The notes: generated by a model not told the origin, from the sequence alone. 64,000 nucleotides of DNA from Eledone cirrhosa (GCA_964016885.1 OZ024743.1:199516001-199580000), one strand, 5' to 3'; positions 14,205-28,574 are shown, counted from the first letter of the stretch. Made by a program: numbers and translations.

Positions 14205-14710
14205 TTTCTAATTTAGGGTCATGGCCAACAATTTAGGTAGGAGTGTAGAACGTCTGTTAAATCAACCGCTGCTTGACTAGTATTTTATTTTATCGAACCC
14301 AGAAGATAAAATCGATTAAATCGACCCCAGTGCGTTACTGATGCTTTATTTATCGACCCCATAAGGATGAAAAACGAAGCTAACCTTGGCGGGATTTGAA
14401 CTCAGAACGTAAAGGACTGTAACCATATGCCACGAAGCGTGTTGTCCGACGTTCTACCAATACTGCCAATCCACCGCCCTCGGGAATTCTACCAATAATT
14501 TAAAAAATTATTTCTACTTTTGGCACACACGACGAGCAGTTTAAAGGTAGAACGGATGACGTCAATTAAATCATCCCCAGCGCGTTACTGGTATTTTATT
14601 TTATCGACCACGAAAGAACGAAAGGCATGGTTGATCCTGACGGGATTTGGAATGGCCCTTAACTAAAATGTCACAACACATTTTATCTAACGCTCTGACG
14701 ATTCTGCTGA
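14205..14710 (-). mobile_element. SINE cluster (2-3 copies)
   Basis: Same consensus. Confidence 0.8.
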
Positions 14711-15862
14711 AATATAATGATTTATTTGTGGTCGTAATGATTGCAACACATGGGCAGTAAACAGTATAATAGTAACGAAAATAATAACAGTAACAATAGC
14801 TACAGCTGGCAACAACAAAACGTTGTTGTTGCTAATGGCAACGTTTTTTTTTTGGGGGGGGGGGGGGGGGGGTAAAGTTTTTTCTTGATGGGATTAAAAA
14901 GTGATTGTAGATATGGTAATATGATAGTGGTTTTGGTGGATGTGGGTGTGTTGATTGTAGTAATGTTGCTAGTAGTGATATTGGTGGTGCTGGTGGGTAA
15001 CATGGTTGTTAGGTATAGGTTAGCTACATTATGGCTATGAATTTGATAGTGTGTGGCAGTGGGTTTGATGAGTAATGAAAAAGGTATGGAGGTTGAGTCG
15101 ATAATAATAATAATTACAAAACAACCCACACTAACGATAATAGCAAGATAGAAAGGGACCTGTAGTACATCCCACAAAAAAAAAAAAAAAAAATGAATAA
15201 ATCTGAATTTTTTTTAAAAGAGGTTTTCATTGGTGTTTTTTTTAAATGTTTATCTCTTCTTTCACCTTTCTAGTATCCCTTCTTTCCATCCTACCCCTCC
15301 TCCGCTATCAACACCACCACCACAATCAGACTCCATCTCCACGCCCTCACCTCGGACCCTAACCGGATGTGCTTCGCATCGCTCTACATGACGTATTACG
15401 TTTAATATGCAAATCAGCGAATATTTTGAAGCACGTAAAACCAAAAAGGTGTCAATGACCACCAGGCATTGTGATAATGAAGAAACTAATAAAAAGAATA
15501 TGAAATAAAACTTAAAACAAAAATAGAAAAAGAGGGAGAAGGCGGCGAAGGGCTTCTTCATTTTTATTTTATAAAGAGGGAGAGAGAGAGAGAAGGTGGG
15601 GAAAGAAATATTGTATCAGACTTTCAGAATATGTTATTATACTGTTTCATTGGTTCATTCCACCAAATATATATATTTATACACACATACACACACATAT
15701 ATATATATGTACATATACACATATATATATATATGTATATATATACACATATATATGTATATATATACACATATATATGTATATATATACACACATATAT
15801 GTATATATATACATACGTATAAATACATATATATATATATATATATGTTTATATATATATAT

Positions 15863-15909
<47 letters not shown>

Positions 15910-16487
15910 TATTTGTGTGTGTACGTATATGTACGTGTGTGTGTATGTGTGTGTGTGTTTTATAATTTGAGATCCCAGTCAGACTAAAGGTTATTCAATT
16001 CGTAGAGAAGTTGCAGACACTGCGCTATGTCCGTTCACCAATAACTACCATAACATATAGCTTGGGAATGGCCTTGTGGTTAGGATGTTGGATTCAAAAC
16101 CATAAGGCTGTGAGTTTGATTCACAGACAGTTTATGCGTTGAGGCATCATTTCACGGTGTTTTTCATGAGTGGACTGGGGGTTCCTTATCATTAAATCTT
16201 CCGAGAATACATTCTATGAGAAGCACCCACGGTAGGGACCAAATAACTCTACATAAGAGTGAGTTGTAAATTTCATATTAGCTAAACTATACCACTGATA
16301 TATATATAGTAATAATAATAAATTTGAAGACTAAAATCCAAAGAGGGCTCGATAAGGATAAATATATATCAGATATATAAGAACCGTAGAGCAAATATTT
16401 ATTAAAATAACAGATTAAAGTTTAAGCAAATTTCAGAAGATCCCGTTAAGGGTGAAAGCAGCTATTCTTTGCTTAAACTTTAATCTG

Positions 16488-16525
<38 letters not shown>

Positions 16526-16539
16526 TATAGTTTAGCTAG

Positions 16540-16620
<81 letters not shown>

Positions 16621-16791
16621 ATATAATATATGTATATGTACTGGTGGTATACTTTAGCTTATTTATATATATATATATTATATATATATATATATATATA
16701 ATATATATATATATAATATATATATAATATATATATATAATATATATATATAATATATATAATATATATATATATATAATATATATATATA

Positions 16792-16823
<32 letters not shown>

Positions 16824-17154
16824 ATATTATAATACATATATATATATATTCGGTTGTTTCCGTATGTGCATCTGTGTGTGTGCTGGTAAAGCAATTTGAT
16901 TGGTGGTATACATTCCTGCTTGTATTTTTGTTTGTTTTTAACTTCATCTCATTGACAAAAGCATTAAGACACGGTTGGATTGTATTCAGTCTGTTATGTC
17001 AAGCATTTCAGTTCCTAACCATAAACCACGTGACTTTACTTGATCCCAGTGTACACTCAACTATTATTGTCATTAACATCATCATCATCATCATCATCAT
17101 CACACTAATAACTATAGTGATGCCAATGTTGACGATATTAATGATTTTGAGAAT

Positions 17155-17782
17155 AATAATTGTTCCTACTTTAGGCACAAGGTCAAACATTTTGCGATAG
17201 GGGGGAAAAGTCGATTAAATCGACCCCAGTGCATTACTGGTACTTTATTTTATCGAGTCCGTAAAGATGAAAGGCAAAGCTAACTTCGGCGGGATTTGAA
17301 TTCAGAATGTAAAAGGACATAACTATGGCGCGATGCATGGTGTCCGATGCTCTACCGATACTGCCAATCCACCATAATAATGGTTTCTGATTTAGGCACA
17401 AGGCCAACAATTTTGGGAGTGTGTGTGGGGTCCATTAAATCGCCGCCAGTGCCTGACTACTACTTTATTTTATCGACCCCGTAAGGATGAAGGGTAAAGC
17501 CAACCTCGGCTGGATTTGAACTCAGATAATAAAGGATCCCGAATGCAAAGCATTTTATCTGACGTTCTAACTTACTCTGTCAACTCACAGCTCAATAATG
17601 ATGATGATGATATTAGTAATAATTGTTTCTACTTTTGGCACAAGGCCAGCAAATACCCAGTACATTACTGGTATTTTATTTTATCGACCCCATAAGGATG
17701 AAAGCCAAAGTTAACCTCCGCGGGATTTGAACTCAAACCATAAAGGGCCGTAAATCTATGCGTCAAAGCATGGCGTCCGACC
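17155..17782 (-). mobile_element. Three head-to-tail SINE copies
   Basis: Same consensus. Confidence 0.85.
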
Positions 17783-18025
17783 TATTAGTAATAATGGTTA
17801 TAATAGTGATTTCTAAGATAGACAAAAAGGCCACACATTTCGGTGGTGGGAGAACAGCCAATTAACATTGACGCCAGTATTGAAACTAATAGACGTTTCT
17901 TCGTCTTCTTGCAGCACACTGGTCTTTAGAATCTTTGTAAATATGACAGAAAAATGTCCTGTTTATTACTTTTGTTGTTGTTTGTTCGTTAGGTTTTCGT
18001 GTGTGTATGCGTGTTTGTAATGAAA

Positions 18026-18135
<110 letters not shown>

Positions 18136-19229
18136 TATATGCCATTGACTCAATAAGCTCAGCCTCTAAATAACTTTTATAACTTTATTTAAAACATAAA
18201 GTTGGCAATTAGCATACACCCCCACTTTGAATTATTGTAGCGTCTGTCTGTGTATTCTTTCTTTCTATCTTTCTTTCATTTGGCACTTAACTCTACTTAT
18301 CTAAAACTGAATTGTCTGATCAAACAACTATAAGTACTCTTGTTGTTGATAATAATAATAATAATGATGTCGATGATTTTGTTTTAATGCTTCTTGGTTC
18401 AGAATTTAAATCCGAGCCGAATTCATGTTTACCTTTTTATTAATGGGGGGGGGGGGGGGTTCTATGAAACAAGTACCAGTGGCATATTGCGGTCCACATC
18501 TTCGGCTATCCTTCTCTCTATCCAGCTCTATCCCCAAGTTTTTGGAGTTTTTTTTTTTACAATTGACTTTATTGATAATAACGATCTCCTTAAAATTAAT
18601 TATTCTGGTTGTTATTTACTTATTTACTTTCATATCGAATATATGTTCCTAGAGGAGGAACCTCTGTGTGGTTCCTTAATCTGTAGCCATAACATGCAAA
18701 TCACCCTAAAATTCCATCATATTTTTGTAAATGGAAGAAAGCATTTGTTAAGAGTGAGTGTGGGATATACTATGTCTGAAGACAAGACTAGATTGTTATA
18801 GTCAGAACAAACCTAATCTTAGGTTTACTCAACTAAGCAATTAAACAATCTCTATACAGTAGCTCATTCTGCTAGAAATAACAGTAAAATATCCCTTAAA
18901 ACAGGAAAGACACGTCTGAGATAAGACGAGAGAGTTTTAATTAGAGCATGCTTATTAATAGGTCTTCCTGAACAGGGTTGCTTAGGGGCTCACCAACCAG
19001 AGCCTCTGTATGACTCATAACAGCATAGATCTGTAGTTAGAAAGTTACTGTCCGAGGCACAAACTTAGGCAAGAGTTTTTTTATGATTTTCATGGCAGTC
19101 CAGCAGTTGTCTATGCATGCACGTCTTCACATTTCCAGCCCCTAATATGTTGTCTAAAGCAAAGGTAAGGGCCGATACAGAGTAGCCAAAAACAACAATC
19201 TATGTTATAATGTTATTATTAAACCAAGA

Positions 19230-19680
19230 AGGTTAGTTGAGCAGAATCAGGAGAGCGCCGGACAAAATGTTCTGCGGCATTTAGTTACGAATTTCCACCT
19301 TCTGAGTTCAAATCATGGGGAGTTCAACTTTAACGTTCACCCTTCCGAGGTCTATGAAATAAAGTTCCAGTCAAGTACTGGGGTCGATGTCATTGACTTT
19401 CGCCTACCCACAAAATTATTGACGTTGTGTCTAATGTAGAAATATTCGTATTAGGGGTTGGGGGAATTGACAGTATCGGTAGAGCGTCGAACAACATTCT
19501 GTATGGCATAGGGTTACTGACCTATACGATCTGAGTTCAAATCCTGCCGAGGTTAGCTTTGCCTTTCATCCTTACAGGGTCGATAAAATATAGTAGCAGT
19601 ATTGTACTTGGGTCGATTTAATCGATTACCCACCCCCCTCAAATTACTGACCTTGTGCCTTATGTAGAAATCATTATTTT
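19230..19680 (+). mobile_element. Two SINE copies just upstream of the exon
   Basis: Same consensus. Confidence 0.8.
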
Positions 19681-19735
19681 ATTAAACAAGCCAATCTAAC
19701 AGTTTCTTTTCTTCTTTTCTCTACTTTACAGGATT

Positions 19736-20290
19736 ATGTCTTCTAAACGCAAAAACACACCCACCAAACTCTATAAGGATAACATAATACTTGAGCGGTT
19801 ACATTCTGACACATCCGAATGTGATAACAGCAACTTAGATAGTGAAGGAGAAACTGAACTGAACTATTCTGCACGTTTTCTCTCCAAATCTGACAGTAGT
19901 GAAGATTTTCATGATTCCGACAGCGGTTCGGACAAGCCGCCAAACAAGAAGCAACGAATTCTTCAAAGTATAAGACACGACTCGGAATCCGAGCCAGAAA
20001 CTGATCTTCCACACAACATCACAACAAAACCCAACGCTGGGCTGCATCGAAAATCCATGGAAAGTGTATTGCAAAGACTCAGCTCCAAATCTCCTGGAGT
20101 TCAAAATTCTGACATTGAGCGAACCAGTCCGCTCGGAAGCGCTGACCATGAAGGAGGAGTGCTGGAGAATGTTAGCGCTTTACTCCGAGGAAAAGGGTCC
20201 ATACAAGATAAATCTAAGAAAATCGTTGACATGATTTCACAACTCCAAAAAATGAACGAAAGCTTGAAAAAACAAGGCGAAAATACCAGG
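19736..20290 (+). CDS. Coding exon (185 codons, phase-0 donor), probable N-terminal exon of a SoxD-group (Sox5/6/Sox102F-like) transcription factor
   Basis: Branch-like CTAAC (19696), polypyrimidine tract and CAG acceptor ending 19731; ATG at 19736; AGG|GTAAGC donor at 20291; complex non-repetitive peptide. MSSKRKxxPTKL, KSMESVLQRL and the heptad segment KKIVDMISQLQKMNESL match my recollection of invertebrate SoxD N-termini. No HMG box in the window, so identity is less certain than exon status. Confidence 0.75.
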
Positions 20291-20371
20291 GTAAGCATTT
20301 CCCCTTCATTTTATACTTCATATTATTTTCATTGTACTTTCGTAAACTGATAGTTCCATATACATTTTCTT

Positions 20372-20955
20372 CCGTGGATTGATGGAATCGGTGGATAGTC
20401 TGACAAAATACCTTACGGTTTTCGTTCCGGCTGTTTGCGTTCTAAGTTCAAACCTGCTTAGGTCAACTTTACCTCTCTTCTTCACGGGGGTCGCTAAAAT
20501 AAAGTACCAGTCGAACACTGGGTCCATTTTAATGGACTAAACCTTCCACCTCTAAAATTGCTGGCATTGTGTCAAAATTAGAACGCATTATCTTGGTGGA
20601 TTGGCAGTATCGGTAGAGGGTCGGACACCATGCTTTGAAGTTCAAATCCCGCCGAGGTTAACTTTGCTTTTCATCGTTACGTGGTCGATAAAATAAACTA
20701 CCAGTAATGCACTGGAATAATTGCTGGTCTTGTGCCAAAAGTATAAACAATTATCTTTAATTACAACTCCCCTATTTTTTTCACTTAAGCGGTGAAATGG
20801 CCAAGTCGTTAGAGCGTAGGACGATATGCTTTACGTTCTGAGTTCAAATCCTGTCATGATCAAATTTACTTTTCATTCTTCCGGGTTCAATAAAATTGGC
20901 TTTCCCCTCCCCCACTCAAATTGCTAGCCTTGTGCCAATGCTAGAAAGAATTATT
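20372..20955 (+). mobile_element. Three SINE copies just downstream of the exon
   Basis: Same consensus, partly deleted. Confidence 0.8.
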
Positions 20956-22319
20956 TTATTTTTCAATGTCGTAAGCATCATAAATGAAGACAAACCTATC
21001 ATATCTCCCCTGCTTTTAGCATTTCGACAAAGTGTTGGTGTGTTTTTTTTTCTTTATTTAATTATTTATTGGATCCCAGGGAAAATGTATGGGGAAAAAA
21101 ATTTTCGAAAACAAAAACAAAATCGAAATTTCCTGGATCTGGACTGATTTGAAAGTAGTATCGATTTGTGTAGTTGGCTGGTTGGCTGGCTGGTTAGCTT
21201 GACAAGATCCATTCATTGTATTGAGGCCTTCATAAATGAGAACAAAGTGAGAAAATAGTGGTGGTGGCGGTGGTGGTGGTGGTAGCGGTGGTTATTAGAG
21301 ATGCAATAGTGATAATGGTGGTGGTGATGTTGATGATAGTTATGATAACATTGTGGTAATGTTGGTCGTTACGGTGAAGGTGATGGTGCTGGTGCTGTTG
21401 GTGGTTACAGATGCAATAGTAATGGTGGTCATAATGTTGATGATAGTGATGATGGTTATGATAATAGTGAAGTAGTGTTAGCCGTTACGATGGTGGTGGT
21501 GATGGTAATAGTGATGTTGATAATGGTGATCGTAGTGGTAGTAGTGGTGGTAGAGATATTGGTGGTCTTGGGATGGGGATTATAGTAAGGATGGTAATGG
21601 TAGCGGGGTATGAGCCAATGAAATTATGTAACAATGAACCGCTATTGAATAGAATCGGGTAGAAAATAAAAATACCTGTCATCCGTCACCACCACCCTGT
21701 TCATTCCCTTTTCTCTCCCCCCTCTCCCTTTTCCTCTTCAGTTCTATAATAGATTGGAGAAAATATAAGGAACTATGCAGAAATAATAGAAGTATGGAAA
21801 GCATGGTAGTAGTAGTAGTAGTAGTAGTAGTAGCAGCAGAGGTAGTGGCGGCGGTATAATTTGTAGTGATGACGGTGGTGGTTTTTTTGTAGCATTGGTA
21901 GCAGTGATAATAGTAGTAGTGGTAACGGTGGTGGATTCTGGTAGTAGTAGTTATAGTTTTTCATCAGTGATAATGTTTTCTAATCTAGACAAGTCCTTTA
22001 ATGTTGTGGGTAGGGGTAACTCGGTCGAATAAATCAACTCCTGGACGTGACCAGTACTTTGTCTCAGTACTTTACTCCGAAAATATGAAAAACGGTGATA
22101 TTTCAAATCATAGCCTAAACAGCCTTTTGAATTTAAGACAAGACCAGCCCCCCCCCCCTTTTTTTTTTTTAAAGTCTTCTTCTTCGTCCATTTAATTCTG
22201 GGAGGGTCGTAGGGGCAGAGTCCTCAAACACTCCTTGCAGCGTGTCTTGTCAGAAGCAACAGTCTCAAACTGATCCGGCCGGAGACCCCAAGTGAAACCA
22301 GCCACACTCATAGATTTTA

Positions 22320-23012
22320 TCTAACCATCATGCTCGGGATAAAGTCGATAAATTAAATCTAATCCCAGCTCTTGACAGGTATTTTATTTTATCGACCACA
22401 AAAGTGTGATAGGCAAAGTTGTCTACGGCGGGATTTAAACATGTCTGATGCTCTACCGATTCTGCCAATCCACTACCTTTAACTAAGGAATAGTTGCGGT
22501 ATCAGTAGCAAGAGTTGTCTTTGCTGTTGTTATTATTGTCAAATCCCGCCGAGGTTAACTTTGCCTTTCATCCTTACGGGGTCGATAAAATAAAGTACCA
22601 GTAATGCACTGAGGTAATTGCTGTCCTTGTGCCAAAAGTAGAAACAATTATTGTCTAACCTCAGGTCAACTCTGATCGAACAAACCTAATATCAAAGTTA
22701 GTAGCGGATTAAGAGGAGGGGTGGGGTGGGGCGACAAGGCTTTGACCAGAGGTTCAAACTAATTAAATATATATATTTTTTTCATACCATAAACAATGAT
22801 TTCTAGTATCGACACTAGGCCAGTACTTTGTGGGGAGGGAAAGTCGATTAAATCAACCCCAGTACGTTACTGGTACTTTATTTTATCGACCCTGTAAGGA
22901 TGAAAGGCAAAGTTAACCTCGGCCGGATTTGAACTTAGACTGTAAAGGGCCGTAACTCTATGCTGGAAAGCATGGTGTCCGACTCTCTACCGATACTGTC
23001 AATCCACCGCCC
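22320..23012. mobile_element. SINE cluster in mixed orientation (-,+,-)
   Basis: 22320-22480(-), 22538-22652(+), 22795-23012(-). Confidence 0.8.
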
Positions 23013-23874
23013 TTTTTGCTACCATAAATAATACGCACGAGTCCGATGAAAATTTTCAGCCGGGGATCTCCATACCAGCTTAGTCCCGTCCCCGCCTTAT
23101 CAAAAGCATCCCAGACATGTCTATTCTTTAGTTTGGAGTGTGATGGATTAAGGGTTGTCTGGGGCTTTATTATGTATCTTATTCTATTTTATTTTAACAC
23201 GTAAAAGAGTGATTTGAGCGAGATTCTTGAGCAAAAGAAAACGTTCGATTTACATACTGGAAAAAATGTCTGTACCTCAACTCCCATCCACCACAAATTG
23301 GAACTTCAGCCTTGTGCCAATCAAACATATCAATAGGTTTTTTTATTTATGTATACGCATCTACCTACCTATACTTTATTTACCTGTCTCTCTTTCTCTC
23401 TACCCCCCCCCTCTCTCTCTATATATATATATATATACACACATACACATGTGTGAATGTGCGCGTGTGTGTGTCTTTACACAATTTTTTTATTAGTCGC
23501 TTCGTTACGTATTCTCCATGTTTGCACCTCATGGCCACGGAATCTACCCATCCCACCCTTACACTGTTATGCACACCCGACATCATCTTCATCAACAGCA
23601 ACAACAACATAAACAATTTAAAATAAACCTAATATAACAGTTTCTTTTCCTTTCCTTTGTGTATATTTTCCAGTCTGTTTTGTTCTGTTTTTTTGTTTCA
23701 AGCCCTGCTCCTCCCCTACGGAATTTTTGCATATTATCACAAGGATGGTTACACAAACAAAAGACAAACTTCAGCAGATGGCGACTCTGCGGTGTGTGTG
23801 TGTGTGTATAGGCAAAATGCCACGCATGACTTTCTGGAGAGTTGGAAACACATATACACACCCACATGTGTGAT

Positions 23875-23925
<51 letters not shown>

Positions 23926-23955
23926 TGTGTATGTTTGTATACGTATACGTATATG

Positions 23956-23986
<31 letters not shown>

Positions 23987-24044
23987 ATAATGCATTGGTG
24001 TATCTCAAAACAACATACTACACATATATATATATATATATATA

Positions 24045-24243
24045 GGAAAAAGTATGACCCCGACGGCAGAGCTCAAGCCGTTTCGACGGCTATTTCTGAA
24101 TTCAGAGTCCAGAAATAGCCGTCGAAACGGCTTGAGCTCTGCCGTCGGGGTCATACTTTTTTTCTATTTCCCACTCTACTACCCTAAGTATTGAGTACTC
24201 TGGTGCGTTATGGTACATCTGGTTCCTTACCACACTTCCTTTG

Positions 24244-24246
<3 letters not shown>
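24045..24246 (+). mobile_element. (TA)n-inserted mini element with 5' fold-back (second copy)
   Basis: Arms 24047-24098/24110-24161; same 3' tail as 8879-9073. Confidence 0.8.
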
Positions 24247-24309
<63 letters not shown>

Positions 24310-24345
24310 TGTTGCTTGAGATATAGATATATGTAAACACACATT

Positions 24346-24384
<39 letters not shown>

Positions 24385-24796
24385 CATGCTGCGTAGCATT
24401 CTGCTGTACTTCAGAATTAGGCCTTCATCTACCCAACTTCTTCTATTTGCATTGTCTTTCATCTGTGAGATGGTTTCTTGGGGTAAATAAATACTTGGCA
24501 TTTCTTTTGTTTTGTTTCGCTTTCATTCGTTGTTGTTATTGTTGTTTTTATTGTATTTGTTTATTTATTTTATCTTTATTGTTAGTTGTTTGTATTAGGG
24601 TGGTGGCGGTGGTAGCTGACGGAGAGGTTAACATAATTTCTCATTTTAACAACATTACTTCATACAAGACACTGATATATATATATATATATAGAGAGAG
24701 ATAGATATATACGTTCATACTTATATAACATATAAATACGTATACATATATGCATATATATATATAATACTGGAACGAAGTCATCGGATAGGACTG

Positions 24797-24832
<36 letters not shown>

Positions 24833-25396
24833 AATTGTTTGAACGAAAATGTTTGCATTATGGATGTAGATTCTGTCATAGAGTTTGTTGTCATTACTTG
24901 TATGTGTATAGATGTTTCTCTGTGTGTGTGTGTGTGTCTGTTCACTCACCACCTTTGTATATCGACTGATGGTGGTGATATATATATATATATTGTATAT
25001 CGACTGTTGGTAGCTTTGATACGATTGTAGCTTGGAACTGGTGAAAGAGGTCTCTGAACGATTATGCAACGTTATTAAGTCACCATAGCTTGCTTCTGTG
25101 TAGATTCAGTCCTTTTCATATTCAGTGTTGTGACGGTGGATAGCTGGATAGTTCGGGGATGTGGGCCTTCCCCAACACTCTCCCTCATGCCTCACTCAGT
25201 GTTCGTTCATCCAGATTTTAGATTACCTCAGGAAGGGAGAGAACCAATCTATAAAAATACCTAACTAACCAGCTAGTCAAATTTCGTCTTCACCCTTCCC
25301 TCCTCTTCCCCCTTCTTCACTCCTCACGACCCACCCCACCCCACCCCATCAGCTTCTAAAATATCTACCTTTAATCATCCACTGTTTCAGTCCTAT

Positions 25397-26188
25397 TAAT
25401 TGTTTCTTCTTTTGGCACAAGGCCAGCAATTATCCCAGCAGTGTATTACTGGTACTTTATTTTATCGACCCCGTAAGGATGAAGGGCAAAGTTAACCTCA
25501 CGGGATTTGAACTCAGTCCGTAAAGGGACGTAACTCTATGCTGTAAAGCATGGAGTCCGACCCTCTACCGATACTGCCCATCCAGTCATATTAATGACAC
25601 TATCACAGCAGCAATAGACATAACAAGAAACTTTAGTCTTCTATCATCAACATTCTCCACGTCGCCATCAACGTCACCATTCTCATTGTTATCAACATCA
25701 TCATCATCTTCATCAATATGGTCCTCCGCATCATCATTATCAACCTCGGTGGATTGGCAGTATCGGTAGAGAGTCGGACACCATGCTTTTCAGCATAGAG
25801 TTACGGCCCTATATGATCTGTGTTCAAATCCCACCGAGGTCGACTTTGCCTTTCATCCTTACGGGGTAGATAAAATAAAGTACCAGTCAACGCACTGGAG
25901 TCGATTTAATTAACCCCCCCCCCCCCAAAAAAAAAAATTGTTGGCCTTTGTACCTATATAAGAAACCATTATGATCAACCTCATACTTCACCTCATTATC
26001 ATTGGATTGGCAGTATCGGTGGAGGGTCGGACGCCATGCTTTGCAGCAAAGAGTTACGGCCCTTTATGGTCTGAGTTCAAATCCCGCCGAGGTTAACTTT
26101 GTCTTTCATCCCTACGGGGTCGATAAAATAAAGTACCAGTAATACACTAGGATAATTGCCGGCCTTGTGCCAAAATAGAAACAATTAT
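25397..26188. mobile_element. SINE cluster (-,+,+)
   Basis: 25397-25583(-), 25748-25970(+), 26003-26188(+). Confidence 0.85.
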
Positions 26189-26509
26189 CAGTATCATCGT
26201 CGTCGTCGTCGCCTTAGACCTCACCGCCGTCATTATTGCCGTCGTAGTCGCCACAATATTTATCTGCTTCTGTCGCTACTACACCGTGTCCCCACAGATG
26301 TCTGAGATGATAGTTGAAAACAGGGTTCTCTCCACGTGTCTCCACAGATGGTCTGACATTGTAGCTGTAAGCAGCTTTTCTACACATCAAAGAAGGTTTC
26401 GTCAAACATTGTCTGCCAGTTTCTCCATGGCGAGCAGCACTTTAGCTCTGTGACCTTTTCTTCTTTCCACTGATGCATAAGGAAAGTTTATTAGAGACCT
26501 GTCTACCCA

Positions 26510-26540
<31 letters not shown>

Positions 26541-26944
26541 TACACTACTCCTCTCGCTTTCTCTTTTGAACACCCCTAACCAACAACACAATTAACAATC
26601 TTTTCAAATACAAAACGATAAATGAAACATTTAACTTTCAGCATAGAAAACAAAGGCAACAAATTTAATGATTTTCTTTTTCTTTATCATGACTTTCTTT
26701 CTCACAAGTGAAACCGAAATAATTTTATGATGAAGGTGTAAATGTTCTTTTTCTTTATAATAAGTATTTCAGTGCACGTTCATCTCGTATGGAAAAAACT
26801 CCTCCTGTTACTTTGTGGTGATCAAATCCACAGAATAGTTGTGCTTTGAGAATGTTGATTTCCCGCCACATACGTAATTGATCAGTCAATGATGCGTTCT
26901 GCTATAGTGTACTACCCGGTACTTAATCTATTGGGATATGATAT

Positions 26945-27133
26945 ATAATTGTTTCTATTTTGGGCACAAGGCCAGCAATTATGCCAGTGCATTACTGGTA
27001 CTTTATTTTATCGACCCCGTAAGGATGAAAGGCAAAGTTAACCTCGACGGGATTTGAACTCAGACTGTAAAGGGACGTAACTCTATGCTGGAAAGCATGG
27101 TGTCCAACCCCTCTACCGATACTGCCAATCCAC
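26945..27133 (-). mobile_element. Nin/Deu-domain SINE
   Basis: Full-length consensus-like copy. Confidence 0.85.
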
Positions 27134-27146
27134 TATATAATATTTT

Positions 27147-27190
27147 GTCGTCTGAAGAAGCTTTAAGTGCAGAAACTCATGAGTAGCGAC
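27147..27190 (+). ncRNA. Type I hammerhead ribozyme
   Basis: GTCGT CTGAAGA AGCTTTAAGTGCA GAAA CTCATGA GTA GCGAC; palindromic ACTCATGAGT; weak stem II; AATAAA and TTGAGTACT downstream. Confidence 0.75.
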
Positions 27191-27871
27191 CGATAGTTCA
27201 ATGGAATAAATAATTATACTGTTGACATACATTGAGTACTAAGAAATAAACTCTCATGTGTGGAGGATTCTTTCATTTGAGGTCACCCAAGGACTCATTA
27301 AAATTTAGTTTGAGTTATATCAAATATATATCAGGAGCAAGCTTACTGATCAAAAGGAGAGTTGAAAACCGTTTGGAACAGTTGAGCATGTTTTTATCTA
27401 TCGCCACTAAGGCTGCGTAAGCTTGACGTGGCCACAGATACACCATTGCAACTACCACTTTACTTTCAAACATGGTAAAGAGAAAACACAACTGTGTTCC
27501 ATTTTAATTTATTTTTAAAGGATTTCTCATATATCCGTATTAGCTTTTTTAGGTTGGATAGGTGGACTGGGCTCAGTAGCCCCGAAAGGTAGCCAGTCTA
27601 AGTCTAGAACGACAACTCATAAACCTCCACTACCTGTGAGTGCTTGTGTAGAGTCAGCCCCCTACAGTAAATCAGGTCGTAAGAGGGCTCAAGACTCACC
27701 GAACCTATTCATCCCCAAAGAAGGCAAGAAGACACAACGAATGGTTTAATGTGTAGAGAAAAGAAATGGTTGTGTTTGAGGCCTCCAAACTTCAACCATG
27801 AGGAAAGGGTTTAGTCATTCATTCATTCATTTATATAGTAGCGCTTATGTGCATTATATTTATATAACACA

Positions 27872-28050
27872 GTGGATTGGTAGTATCGGTAGAGGGTCAG
27901 ACGCTATGTTTTGTAGCATAGAGTTACTCCCTTTTTACGGGCTGAGTACAAATCCCGCCGAAGTTAACTCTGCCTTTCATCCTTACGGGGTTGATAAAAT
28001 AAAGTACCCGTAATGCACTGGGATAATTGCTGGCCCCAAAATAGAAACAA
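27872..28050 (+). mobile_element. Nin/Deu-domain SINE
   Basis: Same consensus. Confidence 0.8.
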
Positions 28051-28574
28051 TCATACTTATATAACAATGAATACATATATATATATAATAGAGAGAGAGA
28101 GAGAAGAGGGGGGGGGGGCGTTCATATAATGCAATGTATTATATGTGAGCGTGTGTGCTCATGTGTGACAACTACAAAGAAAACCGTTTTGGTGGGAGTG
28201 AGAGCAATAAAAAATACGAGACTTGCTTTCATTTTTTGAATTATGTATATACACACACACACACACATATATATTATATATATATATTATATATACATTA
28301 TGAATATACATATTGTATTACTCAGTGGATTTGTTGTTTTCCAGGTGGTGGGGATGGGAGAATGGTGGTGGAAGTTGTCATTGCTATAATGGTGGTAGCA
28401 GTAGTGTTCGAGATGTCATTGTATAGAGTTAGTTGTAAGACTGCCATAAACTGTCTATTGCTGTGATATTTTCATGATTACGGAATAAAATGGAACTTGT
28501 AGCATGTTTAACCGTTAAGCAAAAACGTGGGTCTTTCGATGCCCGCCAATGGCTCTTTCAAAAATATTGAAATC

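Noticed and set aside
20291-20350. C-terminal 19 codons of the 204-aa ORF
   Set aside because: Lies past a strong GTAAGC donor; intron read-through.
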